From NCBI GenBank assembly GCA_028534125.1, contig CM052818.1, positions 2,792,001 through 2,856,000 on the forward strand: a DNA stretch of 64,000 bases, written 5' to 3'. The number at the start of each line of letters is the position of its first letter. Positions within the stretch are counted from its first letter, which is position 1. Of the stretch, positions 37,650 through 51,534 are shown piece after piece. The stretch comes from Lama glama (lineage: Eukaryota). Under the pieces are notes generated by a model that worked only from the letters and a program-made list of their open reading frames with translations, did not search any database and was not told where the DNA came from. Position numbers and translations under genes: made by a program.

Positions 37650-40600
37650 AATTGCTGTTATCAATATTTTGGTGTATATCCTTCCAGCCCTTTTCTCTTA
37701 ACGTACACAGGCTATGCAAAAAAAAAAAAAATGGAACCACATTATACATACAAATTTAATAGGCTTAGGATATATTGACTAATTTTTCACAGAATAAAAT
37801 ATGATTCTGTAACATAATTTTTGGTGGATCTATTCTGCACATGGCTGAATAGGCCATAGTTTATTTAATCAGTTTCCCGTTTTGGACTTTTAGGTTGTTT
37901 CCAACTTTTTGCTATGATGGAAAACAATGCAATAAACATCCTTGTAAATAAATCTGTGATTATATCCATGACTATTCCCTTAAGATAAATTACTAGAAGC
38001 AGAATTGCCAGACTGAATTATAGGCATGTTTAGAGACTCTAATGCATAATTCCAAATTACTCTGGAGAAAGATGGAATCAATTTACATTCCTACCAGAAA
38101 GGCAAGAGTGCCTGCTTCCTCCACCCTGATCTGTAGTATTTGTTACCATTCAATGTATATTTATTTAATTACTAACTACTAATGAGATTGACCATATTTT
38201 CATATACAAATTGGGCATGATTTTCTTTTTTCATAAATTGCCTATCACATCTTTGCCAGTTTCCCTACTTCGATATTCTTTTCGTACTGATTTAAAAATC
38301 ATTGTAAAGTAAGGCTATTTCCCTACTCCCCTGTCAAATATATTGCAGATTTTTTTCCCAGTGTCTCCTTTGCCTTTTAATTTTGTTCATGATAATTTTG
38401 TATTGTAGAATTCTTTAATTTCCATGTAGTTGAATCCACTATTATTTTCCTTTGTGTGTTCTGCTTTTGACTACATGCATAGAAACACCTTTCCCATGTT
38501 TTATCATACAGCAAAATACCCTTAATTATCATTTGCCAGTTTTTCTCAACCATCGTACAAGATGATTCTTTAAAATAACTTTAGAAGTATTTTGTCAAGT
38601 CTCTCCATCTACCTCAAAAGATTTCTTTTGGGATTCTGATTGGGATTACATTAAATGAATATATTAATTTGGTGGAGAATTTATTAATGTACAATTTATA
38701 TTAAATATATGCTGCATGGAGAAAAGGAAATTTATATATTTTGTTCACTATTGGAATAGGGTCCTGGACTTAGAAAAGTAGCTGACACATAACAGGTGCT
38801 TTAAAAAATTTGCATGAATGAATTTTAAATCTTTTCAGAAATGACATGTATCTTCTGTGTATTTAAGTCTTCTTTAATATCCATTAGAAAAGTTAGTGGT
38901 TATTTATACAGTCCCTACTAATTTCTTATTAAGTTTATCCTGTTAAATTTTATGTAACTTTGTCCATTTTTTTTCTTTTTCTTTTGCAATTAAATCATCC
39001 TTTTTTTTTTCTTTTTTTCCTTGAAGTATAGTCAGTTTACAATGTCTTGTCACCTTCTGGTGTACAGCACAACGCTTCAGTCATACATGAACATACATAT
39101 ATTTGTTTTCATATGCTTTTTCATTATAGGTTACTACAAGATACTGAATATAGTTCCCTGTACTATTGCTATACAGAAGAAATCTATATATCTATTTTAT
39201 ATACAGTAGTTAATATCTGCAAATCTCAAACTCCCAATTTATCCCTTCCCCCTGGTAACTAAAAGTTTATTTTCTATGTCTGTGAGTCTGTTTCTGCTTT
39301 GTAAATAAGTTCATTTGTGTCTTTTTCTGGGTAGAGCTGTTATCTAGGGAGATCGTTGGGTATATATGTGCTTTGGAACTAGCCCCTTATGGAACTCTTA
39401 AATTCTAACATCCTCTCCATTCATTTGTGTTTTGTATATAGAAAAATCACATGATCGGCAAATAATGGTCATTTTGCATCCTTCATTCCAGTATTTACCT
39501 TTTTGGTTCATTTTTCCAGCTTTTTGATTACATCCATTAGAGCTCTCCGAACAGTGTTTAATAATAGATTAGCGGGTCATCACCCTTATCTTGTTTCTGA
39601 CTTTAATGGAAATTCTTTTACCACAGGAGTTTGAGATAGTTATTCTTTATCATGTTGAAGAAATATCTTTTTATTCTAGTTCAGTATGGGTTTTTCTCAG
39701 AAATGGATATTGAATTTTATAAAATGCATTTGGGCATTTATTGAGTTTTCTTTACTTGAACTATTGATGTGATGAATTATATTAATAGATTTTTGAATAT
39801 TGAACTCTTTTTTTCATTCCTGGAATAAATCATTTGTGGTTTTGATGCATTCTTTTGAAAATACTGTACTGGATTTGATTAGCTGGAATTTTATTAACTT
39901 TTACACCCATATTCACACATGATAAAAAGCAGTTCTCTTGGGCAACCTTCATTTAGTGTTGGTACTAAGGCTATAATTTCCTACAATGAATCAGGGTGAT
40001 CCCCACCCACCCTTTTTTTTGCCCTGGTGGTGTTTAAATTAGATAAGAAGTCTCTGCTCATTGAAGATTTATTTTTCACTTATAAATCCGTCCAGATCTG
40101 GAATAATTTTGGTAACTTTTTTTTTCTTAGTTTCATCTAAAGTTTTTTGAAATTTTATTTTGCTGCTGCTTAGGGAAATTTTGGTCATATACTTTATATA
40201 AAATAATCTATTTCATGAGGCTTTAAAAATAACTAGAGTGATTTACAATATTATTTTTGTCATTTAAACTTTGTGTTGTGAATGAGATGACATCCCATTC
40301 TCATTCTTGGTGCCATGTATTCCCAGTTCCTCTTTATTGACCAATCCAGTGGTTGGTTTATTCATAGATCGTCTCATGGAGGCCAATTCTTGAACTTACA
40401 TATTGGTTCCACTAATTTTCTTATTTCCCAATTCATTGATTTTGTTTTCCTATTCATTAATTCTTTTCCATAACTTTTCTTTGGTTTATTTTATTATTTA
40501 TATTTTGTCTTCAATAGAATAAGATGGATTTCATTTATTTTCATATTTAATTCAACAATAAAGGCATTTAAAGTTATGACTTTTTTTCTCTGAGGATAAA

Positions 40601-41650
40601 TTTGGTCTTACCCTGTAAATTTTGATATCCTTTATTGTTAATTTCTAGTTTGCAGTTGCCGTTTTGGTTTTATTTTTATTCTAAAATAAAATAAACACAC
40701 TCTGGGAGTGTGTTTTCTCATTTCCAAATGGTGAAATTTGTAGTCTTTTAAGGGTTTGTTAATAACATCTAGTCTTGTTGCATTACGTTTAGAAAATGTA
40801 GCTTATTTAATGTCTGTGTTGCGGATTTATTGAAATTTTCTTTGTGGCCTAGTAATAGCATATTTAAATGATGCATGGATGTAGACTGTGTCTCTGGGCA
40901 TAGTATTTAATCTATATCTTCATTTGTAGTTTTAGATTTTATAAAAACTGAAAGTTGTGTCGTCTCCCACTGTGTTTGATTTCTGTTCATTTCTCTCTGA
41001 ATTTCTGATAGCTTTTGCTTTGTGTATGTATCTTGACGAAATGCTTTTCAAAACATAAGTGTTCTTTATAGCTACAGCTTCATTATGGATTATGCCTTTA
41101 GTCCGTATAAAATGACCTACGAAATGGGCCTTTTCTGTCCAAAAGCATATTGTTTTCCCTGACTTTTACTTTGATAATATTATGGCCTCTGTTTTGGTTT
41201 GTTTTTATTTGCCTGGGATCCTTTCGTGTGGTCCCTTTGTTTACCTGTTTTCTGTCACTCTGCTTCAGTGTTTGCTTTTATCAGTTTCCAATAATATTAT
41301 CTTTTCACATCTCTTGCTGTAGCAGAGAAATCTGAAACTCTCTACTATTGGCTTCTTTGTATGTAACCAATTTTTTTCTAGATGCTTGTGGATTTTCCCC
41401 CTTGCCTTGTATTTCAGGAATGTAGTCAAGAAGCATGTAATTGTAGGTTTTTTCTTTTAATGGACTTCTCCCCCCTGGAATACACGAAGTCCGTATAGTT
41501 TATATATATAGTGTTTCTGCTTTTTTTTTTTTCAATCCAGGAATTTTTTCTTCTATCATATCAATACTGATAACTTACAGCCAGGCTCTCTGGTCTTTGC
41601 CTCCTGTATCTATCATATTTTTTTCTCATCATTTTCATGACTCTGACCTT
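37650..41650 (-). mobile_element. highly decayed old L1M, AT-rich, with a younger L1 3' end nested at ~39001-39325
   Basis: Antisense L1 motifs (ttaggttgtttccaactttttgcta, gggattctgattgggattacattaaat, ccttatcttgtttctgactttaatggaaa, gaaatggatattgaattttataaaatgc). Boundaries approximate. Confidence 0.7.
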
Positions 41651-42218
41651 ATACACTTCTTTTTGAGAGAGAAATAGGGCTGATGAGCATTCCCATTGCC
41701 TCGCTGATCAGCATCTCAGAAAGACAGTTGGATGGATGCCTGAAAATGTGACTGGTGCACACCAGGGTGTTTGAGTTGGGGAATGTGGAGACAGGACGTT
41801 CCAAGTGTCATGAGTTCAGGCCTGGATAGGTTGTTCTTTGTCCAGCTCCATTTGCCTTAGAATTTGTTTGTTTTCTTTTCCCCCCTATATAGTGAGTTAT
41901 TTAGTCAGCTTTCAGGGGTTTTGATAACTTTTCATCTTTTTCTATATTTTCTTAGGTACTGTGAAATAATGGCTCAGTTAGATCTGTGTCGTAAATGTGG
42001 CGCTGAGCCATCCTAGCTTTAGTGAGGCTGGTCAGAATAAGCATTATGTCTATGAATAGGTCTCTTCTGGGCCTGTGGGTGGGGTAATCTTTTTAGGGAA
42101 GCTCCACAGGGTTGGGGAGGGAAACTCTTTGATATGGGACACAGAGAACACGACAGACTGAGTGTTTCTAGACCTGTTCTGGCCCCCTGGCCATCTCTGG
42201 GACTCCATAGCTATTTCT

Positions 42219-42279
42219 AAGAGAAGGATTCAAAGAGCTCTTGAGTGACTCAAGAGAAGGATTCAAAGAGCTCTTGAGT
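42219..42279. repeat. perfect 28-bp direct duplication separated by 5 bp
   Basis: aagagaaggattcaaagagctcttgagt at 42219-42246 and 42252-42279. Confidence 0.95.
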
Positions 42280-43695
42280 CTGAAGACCCTCCCAACAGCA
42301 GCCCCCACCCCTACCCCTGCCTGGCTTTGCCTGGGAGCCTTATGCTTTTAATATGCCTCCCTTTTTGCTGCCGGGGTGAAGCAAAGAGGTAATTACTTGT
42401 CTGGGGAACTAGAGAGGAGGCAGGGATCCCAGACTGGTGAATTTGAACTCGAAATCCTTAACTGTGGGGTTTTGTTACTGTTCTTCTTGCCAGATCAGCT
42501 GAGCCTTTGGACCACTTTTGTCCCTGTCAACTTCATGTACTGGATGTATGCCCTGGAGGTGTACCACCGCTGGTGGGCAGGGGCCTCCTGGGTGCACCTT
42601 CCTGACATGGGGTGTTCGGGGCTTCCTCTGCTTGCTTTATGCACCCAGTCCACCTGCATATTCACAGACCATCTCATCATTTCACCTAATGGCAAACCTG
42701 ATACAGGACATACATCACATGGTGTAGCAGTGAGGTTTATGGAGATGGTGGGAGCTTCCGAAGAGCATTTAAATCCATTAAAGGCTTTAGTGGGATGCTG
42801 GGAGAGGCAGCATCAGGAGGCTCCCAGCCAGACATCATTTTCAGCCAGAACCTTTTCCTATTGATTCTTTTATTGTTTCCTAGACACTGACTGATGAGAG
42901 TGCTGGGGCTCAGATGCCCTCCTCTGCCTTCCTGAGACACGTAGGCAGTGGTCATCACGGTTAGTAGGACAGACTGGGCGTCACCTCCTAGACCCTTTGG
43001 GTGCCCTGAGCGTAAGACTGTCACACTCCCTAGGCCCATTTCCATTTTACTTCCACATCCCCCTCACAAGCCCAGAAGGAACCATAAATAACCAAGGGAT
43101 TACACATTCAGAGGGGAACAGACGTGGCCCACCAAGGCCTCCGGCCCTTCAGCCAACCATGGCCACACTGACTTCTGGAAGTTTCTAACTTGTCAAAAAA
43201 AATTGAGGAATTGACTTCTTGTCTGATTGGCTTTCTGTTTGCCTTGTTTCCCAGTCAGAGAAAGTGTTATCTCACACAGTACAGTCAAAACAATATGATA
43301 ACAGTAGGCCTGATGATTAGTAACAACTTCTTTGAAGCTAACTGGTGAAATGTCCCCATATTTCTACTCAAAAATTTATTTATGCTTTTATTCAATGTCC
43401 ATCTTAAAATTTACAGCAAGCTTGGCACTGTGAGAACCTTTCATTCAGTGGCCTGAGTCTTGTTATAATTTTCGACCAAAAGCAATGCCGTTTTTATCTG
43501 AATGAGCAGAGGACTTCCTTGGGCACAATTTCATGGAGTTTCTTCTCTGGGGTCAGGGTCAGAGAATGTTTAATTCCGTGCCAATGGAAGTCTCTGTGTA
43601 GTGCCAGTGCCAGTGAGAATTTGGAGAGGACCAGGGCAAAGAAGAGGAGGGCAGACAGGAACCCCTGACCGGCAAGCTGCCCTGTCTTCCCACAG

Positions 43696-43847
43696 GCTTC
43701 TCCATGATGACCCCCATCAATGACCTCCACACAGCCGACTCCTTGAACCTGGCCAAGGGGGAGCGGCTCATGCGGTGCAAAATTAGCAGCGTCTACCGCC
43801 TCCTGGACCTCTATGGCTGGGCCCAGCTGAGTGACACCTACGTCACG
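43696..43847 (+). CDS. ADD2: beta-adducin coding exon 3 (152 nt)
   Basis: cttcccacag|GCTTC; (S)[50 protein letters not shown]; donor ACG|gtgagg. Confidence 0.97.
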
Positions 43848-44299
43848 GTGAGGAGAGCGTCTGGGAGGGGGGTGGGGCACTGCACGTGGCCCCTGGAAAA
43901 TCCAAAGGGGGAACTCGTGACCCTTGGCATGGCTGTGGTACTGCTGGTGGCCTGTGGCCGAAATTCAATGAGCCCCTCCAAGGTTTCTAACCACTGCACT
44001 TACCTGAAATCGGTAACCTGCCCAGGGGGCACTTCTCTGGATGAGGAGCCAGGGATTTCTGGATCCTAATTCTAGGGCTACCTTTGGCCACTGGGAGATT
44101 CCTCTTGTAGCTCCATTTCCCCAGCTCCAAGTAAAGATGGAGTCATCTTCATCTCTCATGGGCCAGGAGGAGATAAGCGTTCTTGGTGGGGGGTAGATTT
44201 GGGTACAGTAGATTTAGAGGAAGTGGGGATTCAAGTAGCGTGTCCTTGGAAATGACCCCTCTCCCTCCTTGCTGCTGAGAACATGTGTCTTTCCTCCAG

Positions 44300-44380
44300 C
44301 TGAGAGTCAGCAAGGAGCAGGACCACTTCCTGATCAGCCCTAAGGGAGTTTCTTGCAGCGAAGTCACAGCATCCAGCCTG
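44300..44380 (+). CDS. ADD2: beta-adducin coding exon 4 (81 nt); not present in the ORF track
   Basis: ttcctccag|[33 protein letters not shown]; donor CTG|gtgagt. Confidence 0.97.
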
Positions 44381-47127
44381 GTGAGTACAGTCTGGCATCT
44401 CACCACACATTTCTTATTGAAATGACAGTACCCTGTCTGCTCCTACAGTGACAGGTCATCTCCAGGCTAGCCACTGCCATGCTGTCCTTCAGGCAGTTTG
44501 CAGTCTGGTGGGACAGAGGAGTCCCATGGACGCCAAAACAGACTCAGTGCTCAGAGCATGATGTGACCAAGAGACCAAATGTGAGATGCAGGCAGCAAGC
44601 ACAGTAGGAAGGAGAGGGGAGCAGAGATGGGCCTGGAGACCTCTGGGCCTGGGATGGGACCACAAAGGCTGGAGTCGGGAAGCCTTCCTGGTTGGGGCTA
44701 TACGTTGGAACAACAGCCGGTGCTTGGTCCCAAAGCAGTGCAAGACTCTTCTAGTGCCGGTGCTGTGCGAGATAGCTTCTGGGTCTCCTCCTGCTCCTTT
44801 TAGGTGTGGTAGGAAGAAACTTCTGGCATCAGTTTCTCTCAGGAGAGATTTCGGGGCTGAGGGGAGGGAAGCAGTAGAAGGGACTGTCTTAGAAGCAGAA
44901 GGGACCCAGTGTCTGTTAGATGCATGGGCTGTGGCTGCTTGATCGTGTGCTTGGGAGCGGAGAATGCCACCTGTGGCCTCTGCCAGGCATGAGACACACT
45001 CATGAGCCCAGGTTGAGTCCAGGTACTCAGTTAAAAAAGCAGGCTGACGACGTCTCAGAGTCTCTGGGCAGGGCAGGATCAGGAGGACGGGCCAGGCCAC
45101 TTTACAGGCAGGAGGGGACACTGGTGCCCAGGGAGGGTACATGACTTGCACAGGGCCACCCAAGGCGGTCATGGCCAAGTCAGACTGGGACCACAGACAC
45201 AAGGATGGCCCAGGCTCTGTCTTTAAGGCATCCGTGGTCTGGAGAGGGAGACAAGCGAGGCAATCAGTGATCACACTCTGAGTGAAGAATGTTCCGAGGC
45301 AGACTAGAGATGATATAAGCTTGGGGAGCCTGGAGAGGGGTGCCGAGCCCAGTGGGTGCTGTAGGAGCTGGAGGGGATGAAGGAGGAGCTTCTAGGTTGA
45401 AACTGTGGTGAAGGAGCAGAGTTCTCAGTAGCCAAGGGGCTAAGCGGACATAGACCAGGGCTCAGGGAGGAGCTGGGCAGAGGCGACGGTGCCCTCAGCA
45501 GGAGCACGCCAAGGCCAATGCTCGCCAGATCCTGGTGCACCTGAGGACAGGTGGGTGGCTGAATCTGGCTCACATATTCTGTCTGGAGGTGAGGCTGGGT
45601 AGGAGAGAGGGACTAGGAAATCGATGGCATTTAGGCTTTACTCTGCTGGGCACACAGAGCCTTGGAAGCATCATGAGGCAGGTGAGTGACGTGATCAGGT
45701 TCCCGTTGGAGAAATTGCATTCTGACAGCTGTGTGGAGGCAAACCATCCTTGGGACAACCTGCAGGGGCTGTTACAATGATCTGGGAAGGAAATTCTGGG
45801 CCAGCAGTCTTAGGGGGCCTGGTGAAGCCAGGTTGAGGGTGTGGGATTGAATTTGAGAGCTGGTGGGACATTAAGGAGAGAGGTCAGCTGGCATTTGGTC
45901 ATCCTAGGTTCAGAAGAGATCTGACCTAGAAATACAGGTTTGCTAGCCATGGGCATGAGATGTTCAGGACATGCACAGACGCTGGGCTGCTCTGTCTGGT
46001 TGTGCAGCTCACACACTGCACAAGGGAGCCTGGCTGGTAGGGTGGAGGAGGGGAGGATGAAATCCCAACCTGCACTCCACTCTAAGCTTGTCCTGGGTAC
46101 TGGGCTGCTTGTTCACATTTGCTCAATGGCAACATCCATACACCAAGCCCCGTGGCCCCGGGGCCATCCGCAAGGCAGGGTACCGTTTGCCCCCTGGACA
46201 AAGGCACTGCATGGGGTAGTGCTGTCCTATTAGGCTGGAGAGATTCTTGAGTGACAACAGATCCCACATCCAAGGCTGAGATAAGGAACACATGGGATCA
46301 GAGAGAGACGATCTGAGAGAGGGGTGTCTGAGCGGGCCACACAGCAGACGGGCTGGGCGAGCTGGACCGAAGGGAAACCAGGGTCTGCATCAGACCCTCG
46401 TGGGTTTAAGCACCGGAGACAGGAGGGTTGCTGCCACTTTCAGGGGTCAGGAAGTCATGTTCATCCTGTAACATTCACTTAAAATAGAATTTTGAGAGAG
46501 CGGGTTTGTCGAGCGTCTTACTCACGCTTCTGCTTAAGCCACTGCTGTCGGTAGCCTGTTCCATCCTTTGGTCCCATCTCGTCTGCCCGGCTGCTGGGCT
46601 GGGCGGGGTGGACGTGTGTGGAACTGCCCCGTGTGCTGCCCTCAGGATGTATAGGTGCTGCAGGTTAAGGGCCAAAGCTGTTGTGATTTTTAGAAACTAA
46701 AATCCGGCTTGTTAATTTCCAACAAATGCCTCTAGTCAATACAGCTGATTACCTACCGCTGCCGGGAGACTGCAGTGCAGTGGCGAGCAGGAAGCGTGTT
46801 CAGCCTGAGGGTGTTCAGAGTGGGGGGTGCTGTCTGAGGATTTGGGTTGTCTTGGTGATTTGGGGGAGGAGCCTAAGAAGGAGGCATTGGATAGTGCACT
46901 GTCAGCTGCCAGACACCGGACAGTCCTATGGGGGAGGGGGACGCGGAGGGAGGCTGAAGCTGCCGTTGGTACAGCAGTGGCAACAGTGAGTGTCTCCTGT
47001 TAGCCGGGAGGAAGCGTGGGTCATTTTTGCCTTTGATATGATTAAAGAGTGACTTTTGTCTGGCTGTGTCAGAGTCCAAAGAGGTCTTCTCCGATGGGGA
47101 TGTTCTGTCAGCAGCTCGTGCACGCAT

Positions 47128-47128
<1 letters not shown>

Positions 47129-47166
<38 letters not shown>
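47129..47166. repeat. (CA)19 microsatellite
   Basis: Read directly. Confidence 0.95.
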
Positions 47167-47167
<1 letters not shown>

Positions 47168-47479
47168 GCGTGTGAGTTTTAACCATGACACCCACCCGCC
47201 CCTTGGAGTCAAAAGCAGATGATAAGACCAGTGAGTGACTACTTTCCACTTGTCTTTTAAGAACTAGCTTCCAGGCAACTCGTAAATGGGTGTTCATTAT
47301 GCTAGTCCCGTTACATTGGTGTAGAAGCTAAACTTTTTTCAAAATAAAAATTAAAAGAAAAAGGCTCAGTTTCGATGTCACTTCCTCTGGGAAGGCTTCT
47401 CTGCACCCTCTGGTCTCCTGGCATTAAAGACTCGTCCTATCTGCTTCTGGGGAAGTCTGTGAATGACTCTCTTCTCCCA

Positions 47480-47640
47480 CTTTGCTGCTCCAAGTGTGGT
47501 CCGTGGCCCCGCAGCAGCGGTGTCGCTGGGAACTTGTTAGACATGCGGACTCTCTGGCTGTTCTTGGCCTGCTGAATCCGAATTTGACAGGGTCTCCAGG
47601 TGAACCTCAGACACAGTAAAGTTTGAGAAACTCTGCTCTG
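47480..47640. mobile_element. MER5A-like hAT DNA transposon remnant
   Basis: ctccaagtgtggtccgtggccccgcagcagc...gggaacttgttagacatgc...aaagtttgagaaactctgctct. Confidence 0.7.
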
Positions 47641-47832
47641 GCATTCTTCATGCTGAATTATCACCCGCCAGCCCGTGTGCTCACTCTGAGGGCTGGGCGG
47701 TGTCTCTTGTCCCCACCCCAAGCACAGGCATTGCCCGGGGTGAGGTGGGTGGGCGTGTGCCCGGGGGAGGGGAGTGAGGGGCCCCCTGCCTGCCGGTGAC
47801 CCGAAGTCTCTCTTCCCCTCCCCTCTGCCCAG

Positions 47833-47982
47833 ATCAAGGTGAACATCCTGGGAGAGGTGGTGGAGAAGGGCAGCAGCTGCTTCCCAGTGGACACCACGGG
47901 CTTCTGCCTGCACTCGGCCATCTACGCCGCCAGACCCGACGTGCGCTGCATCATCCACCTGCACACTCCAGCCACTGCGGCG
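47833..47982 (+). CDS. ADD2: beta-adducin coding exon 5 (150 nt), class II aldolase/adducin head domain
   Basis: ctgcccag|[56 protein letters not shown], with the HxHT motif; donor GCG|gtgagt. Confidence 0.97.
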
Positions 47983-49352
47983 GTGAGTGTCCCCTCTTCA
48001 GCCAGCATTTCAGTCCCCGAGGCCAGCAGTCGACCCCCAGCACCTGTTTCTCTGAGGGTCTCCCTGAGGCTCCCCTGCCAAGCTAGTACCAATCTCCCCG
48101 TTTAAAACAGTTCTGGAAAGATTTCCTGGAACTCAGGCCAGGGTGAGGAGAGGGAACACTCAATGTGGGGACCTCCTCTCCATTTTTCTAACTCTGAAAG
48201 TCTCAGTCAGGGGAGAAAATGTAAAGATGTGCAATGTTCCTCCAGTGCACCCCCCACCTGCTGCGTACCCAAACTGGTACCCCTGACCTCGGTGAGGGTG
48301 ACCCCTGTGTCTCTGCTTAGGTCAGCCTGGCACCAGATTTTGATAGAAGATCAGATGGTGGGAACCTGCACTGTGCCCACTTTTTGCTGCCTGGGGTAGG
48401 CTGAGAGCTGGGGACAGGAGCAAGGAGAACGGGGAGAGGGTATAAGGAAGACCCTCAAGGAGCAGGTTGTACCCCAGAGGTCTCTGGGAATTTCTCATGT
48501 CTACCTTAGATGCTGCAATGCACTTGGAAAGACAGCAGACACCCAGTCTGCATGTTCCCTCAACCCTCACTCCACCTTACTGACGCCCAGGCCACTCACC
48601 TACAGAGGCAGAACAGACCTGTCACTGGCTTGTGGTTTTCTCTGCAAAGCATGCTGATTACAAACACTCAGACCTTCCAGAATTTGGGCTAAGACTGGAC
48701 AATGTATTTGTGCCTAGGGTTCATTTCTGCAGAGCCCGGCTTCCATGTGGGGCAGGATGAGTGAAGGAGGGCGAGAAGCTCTCCTGACCTCTCCATGCTC
48801 CTTGCTTTTAATAAAAGGCAGGACTTGGGACGTGAGGATGACAGCCTGGGTTTTAACTCTGTTCCCTGGCACTTGCATTGCCCCATTGCTAATAACATGG
48901 GGCTTCTCAATGGGCCTCCCTGTCAGTGAGGAGGCATGGCTGTTTCTGCACTGACCGCAAAGCTGAGGGTCTCAGCCGACTCACCCCAGGGACCCTGGAC
49001 CCTGCTTCACCCCAGCCTGGTGCCAACTCTGCCAGCCCTGCCTCGTCCCGGGTCCTAGGGCAAGAGCCAAGCAGGGGAGGGCAGCAGCACACTGTCCCTT
49101 GACGGTATTCTTTGCAGCAGTTTTAGAAGGTGATGTATTGATGTGGCTGCTGTGAAAACTATGATGAAAAGACATTAGAGGAAGCAGCAAGAAAGCAAGA
49201 GCTGGGCCAGTGGGGAGGGTGTTCATTTCTCCTGTGCTCGCTCCCTTGCCCCACCCGTCCCCACATAGAACTTGACCGTGCCCTCTGAGGAACAGCTGTG
49301 ACAGAGGGGCGGGGGGACCTGCAGTGCTAACCGTTCTGTCGTGTCCCTAAAG

Positions 49353-49496
49353 GTGTCAGCCATGAAGTGGGGCCTCCTGCCTGTGTCCCACAACGCCCTG
49401 CTGGTGGGGGACATGGCTTATTACGACTTCAATGGTGAGATGGAGCAGGAAGCTGACCGAATCAACCTGCAGAAGTGCCTTGGACCCACCTGCAAG
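49353..49496 (+). CDS. ADD2: beta-adducin coding exon 6 (144 nt)
   Basis: ccctaaag|[54 protein letters not shown]; donor AAG|gtgggt. Confidence 0.96.
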
Positions 49497-51435
49497 GTGG
49501 GTTTGGCTCAGCTGTTCTGGGACGATGCTCTGGGGTGGGGTTGTCAAAAGCCAACATCGCAAAAGGGACAAATGTTCATTGGAAAATGTTTATAAGTTGC
49601 AGATAAACAGCACCATCAACAAATGGATTAATAATCTTTAACTCTACCCTGAGATTTTAGTGCACACCCCCATATATAGTCACGTAGACTGACAAGACTA
49701 GGATTCTAAAATATAGTTTCTTCTTTCTCATTAGCATTGTGAGTAAACACCTTTGCGCATTATTGAATATTTTCTCCATCACTTTTAAATTAACCGCATT
49801 GCTCTGCCACTTACCTGAACGGTCCTCTGTGATTGGTCATTGAAAAGTACCCCCCCCAATTCTCTCTTAATGTAAACAACTCTGTGATGAAAAATCCTTC
49901 CAGCTAAATCTTTGTGTGTGCTTGGGATGATTCCTTAGGCTAAATTCTGAAGGATGCACTTTTAATCCATGTGCTGCCCAAGTGAACGTGAGGATGCACA
50001 TTTGACAGCTCTTTTCCTGTTCCCAAATTGCCCTCTCCTCCCATCATGACTAGTATGTGAGAATGCTCTTTCCTTACAGCATCCCCAAACTTGAGTGTTA
50101 TCACTTTTTTTTTTTTGCTAACTCTAAAGAGATAAACAATCTCATTATTATTGTCTGATTTAAGTCTGAAGACCTATTTTATAGCAGCACATAATTACGG
50201 CGGGTCAGCTTGGTACAGGAGGTTTCAGAGCCACGCCTGGGTTGATGGGGGCTTATTGCCTTCCTTGAAAGGCACTCACTCCCTGAGTCGAGAGTCCCCG
50301 TCTTTCATCTCCACCGCAGAGCAGAAATCCCTGCCACGTTCTCTAAAGCCTCATTAGCAGTGCCAGGAGAGGCGTGACGTTCCCATCTGTGAAATGCCAC
50401 CAAAATTTAAGAGACGGGGTGCTCATTATCTGCAAAATCCTTCGTGGTGCAGAGTCATGGTCTCTTTCCATTTTTCTGGCTCTTGAGAGGAAAAAACTCC
50501 AGTTGTTTTCAGTCAGAGAAGATGTGGTGATTAGGCCAGGTCCCAGGTGCCGTGAGGACAGATCTGATACGTGGATCTGTGTCCCAGCTCCCAGGTGGGT
50601 ATCCTCTGTGTATCACCCAGAGAGTTTTTGAGGATAAAACCAAACAAGAAGAGTTTCCGACAGGGAGGGTGCACCCAGACCTTGAGATAGATTCATCTCT
50701 GTCTTATCCCCTTTGGCGATCTGCCTGCCCCCGGCTGAATCAGCGACGTTGCAGCGACAGGGACGGCCTGGGTTCTGGTTCTGACTCTGCTCCTAGTTAG
50801 CTGGGGGACTTTCAATTTCTTTAGGCTTCTATTTCCTCATTAGTAAAACTAGTGAGATTAGAAGGTCGCTACGACCTCTTTCAGGGAACTGAAGATCTTA
50901 GAGTTGCCAGGGCCTCCTGGAATTCACAGAGATGAAACCTGAGGGCCAGGGAGGTGACCTGACTCACCTGTCTCTGCAGAGCCATTTCTCAGAGGGCCGC
51001 CCCCCTAGGTCTGACTCACAAGTCGACTACGTAAGTCAAAGGAGGGCAAGAGATTGCTTTGAGCTTGGACCCTCGTATTAGACAGCAAATCATTTCATTC
51101 ACTTTAACACACACATCAGTTTTTCAGACTTCTAAGCTCTTCAGGGCCTAAAACCCTCAGGCATTGCCCAAAAAATCCCACCAAGCTATTCAGTCTCAGT
51201 TTTAAAAAGCATCTTCAATTTCTTAAGGTGGATGCTTTAAACCTGCTTTAGAGGTTCAAAGTCATGGCAGGTGGCATTAGGTGTGTGTATAGGGCGAATG
51301 AGTAAGGAATTGGAGAGGGTGGGGTGCGCTCCAAGATTGGATTTGGAAATTGATCTGTGTAAAATGAAAAATTTTCTCCCCCTTAACTAAAGTTTCAAGG
51401 CTTAAAGTTTTAATTGGCTGTTTATGCCTCTACAG

Positions 51436-51534
51436 ATCCTGGTGCTAAGAAACCATGGAGTGGTTGCTCTAGGTGACACCGTCGAGGAGGCATTTTATAA
51501 GGTCTTCCACCTGCAGGCTGCGTGTGAGATACAG
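51436..51534 (+). CDS. ADD2: beta-adducin coding exon 7 (99 nt)
   Basis: ctctacag|[39 protein letters not shown], with the NHG motif; donor CAG|gtgagc. Confidence 0.97.

Noticed and set aside
44489..45274. 261-aa minus-strand ORF (likewise 52672-53355 and 59415-60008)
   Set aside because: GC-rich intronic or antisense-to-exon sequence with no recognisable protein features.
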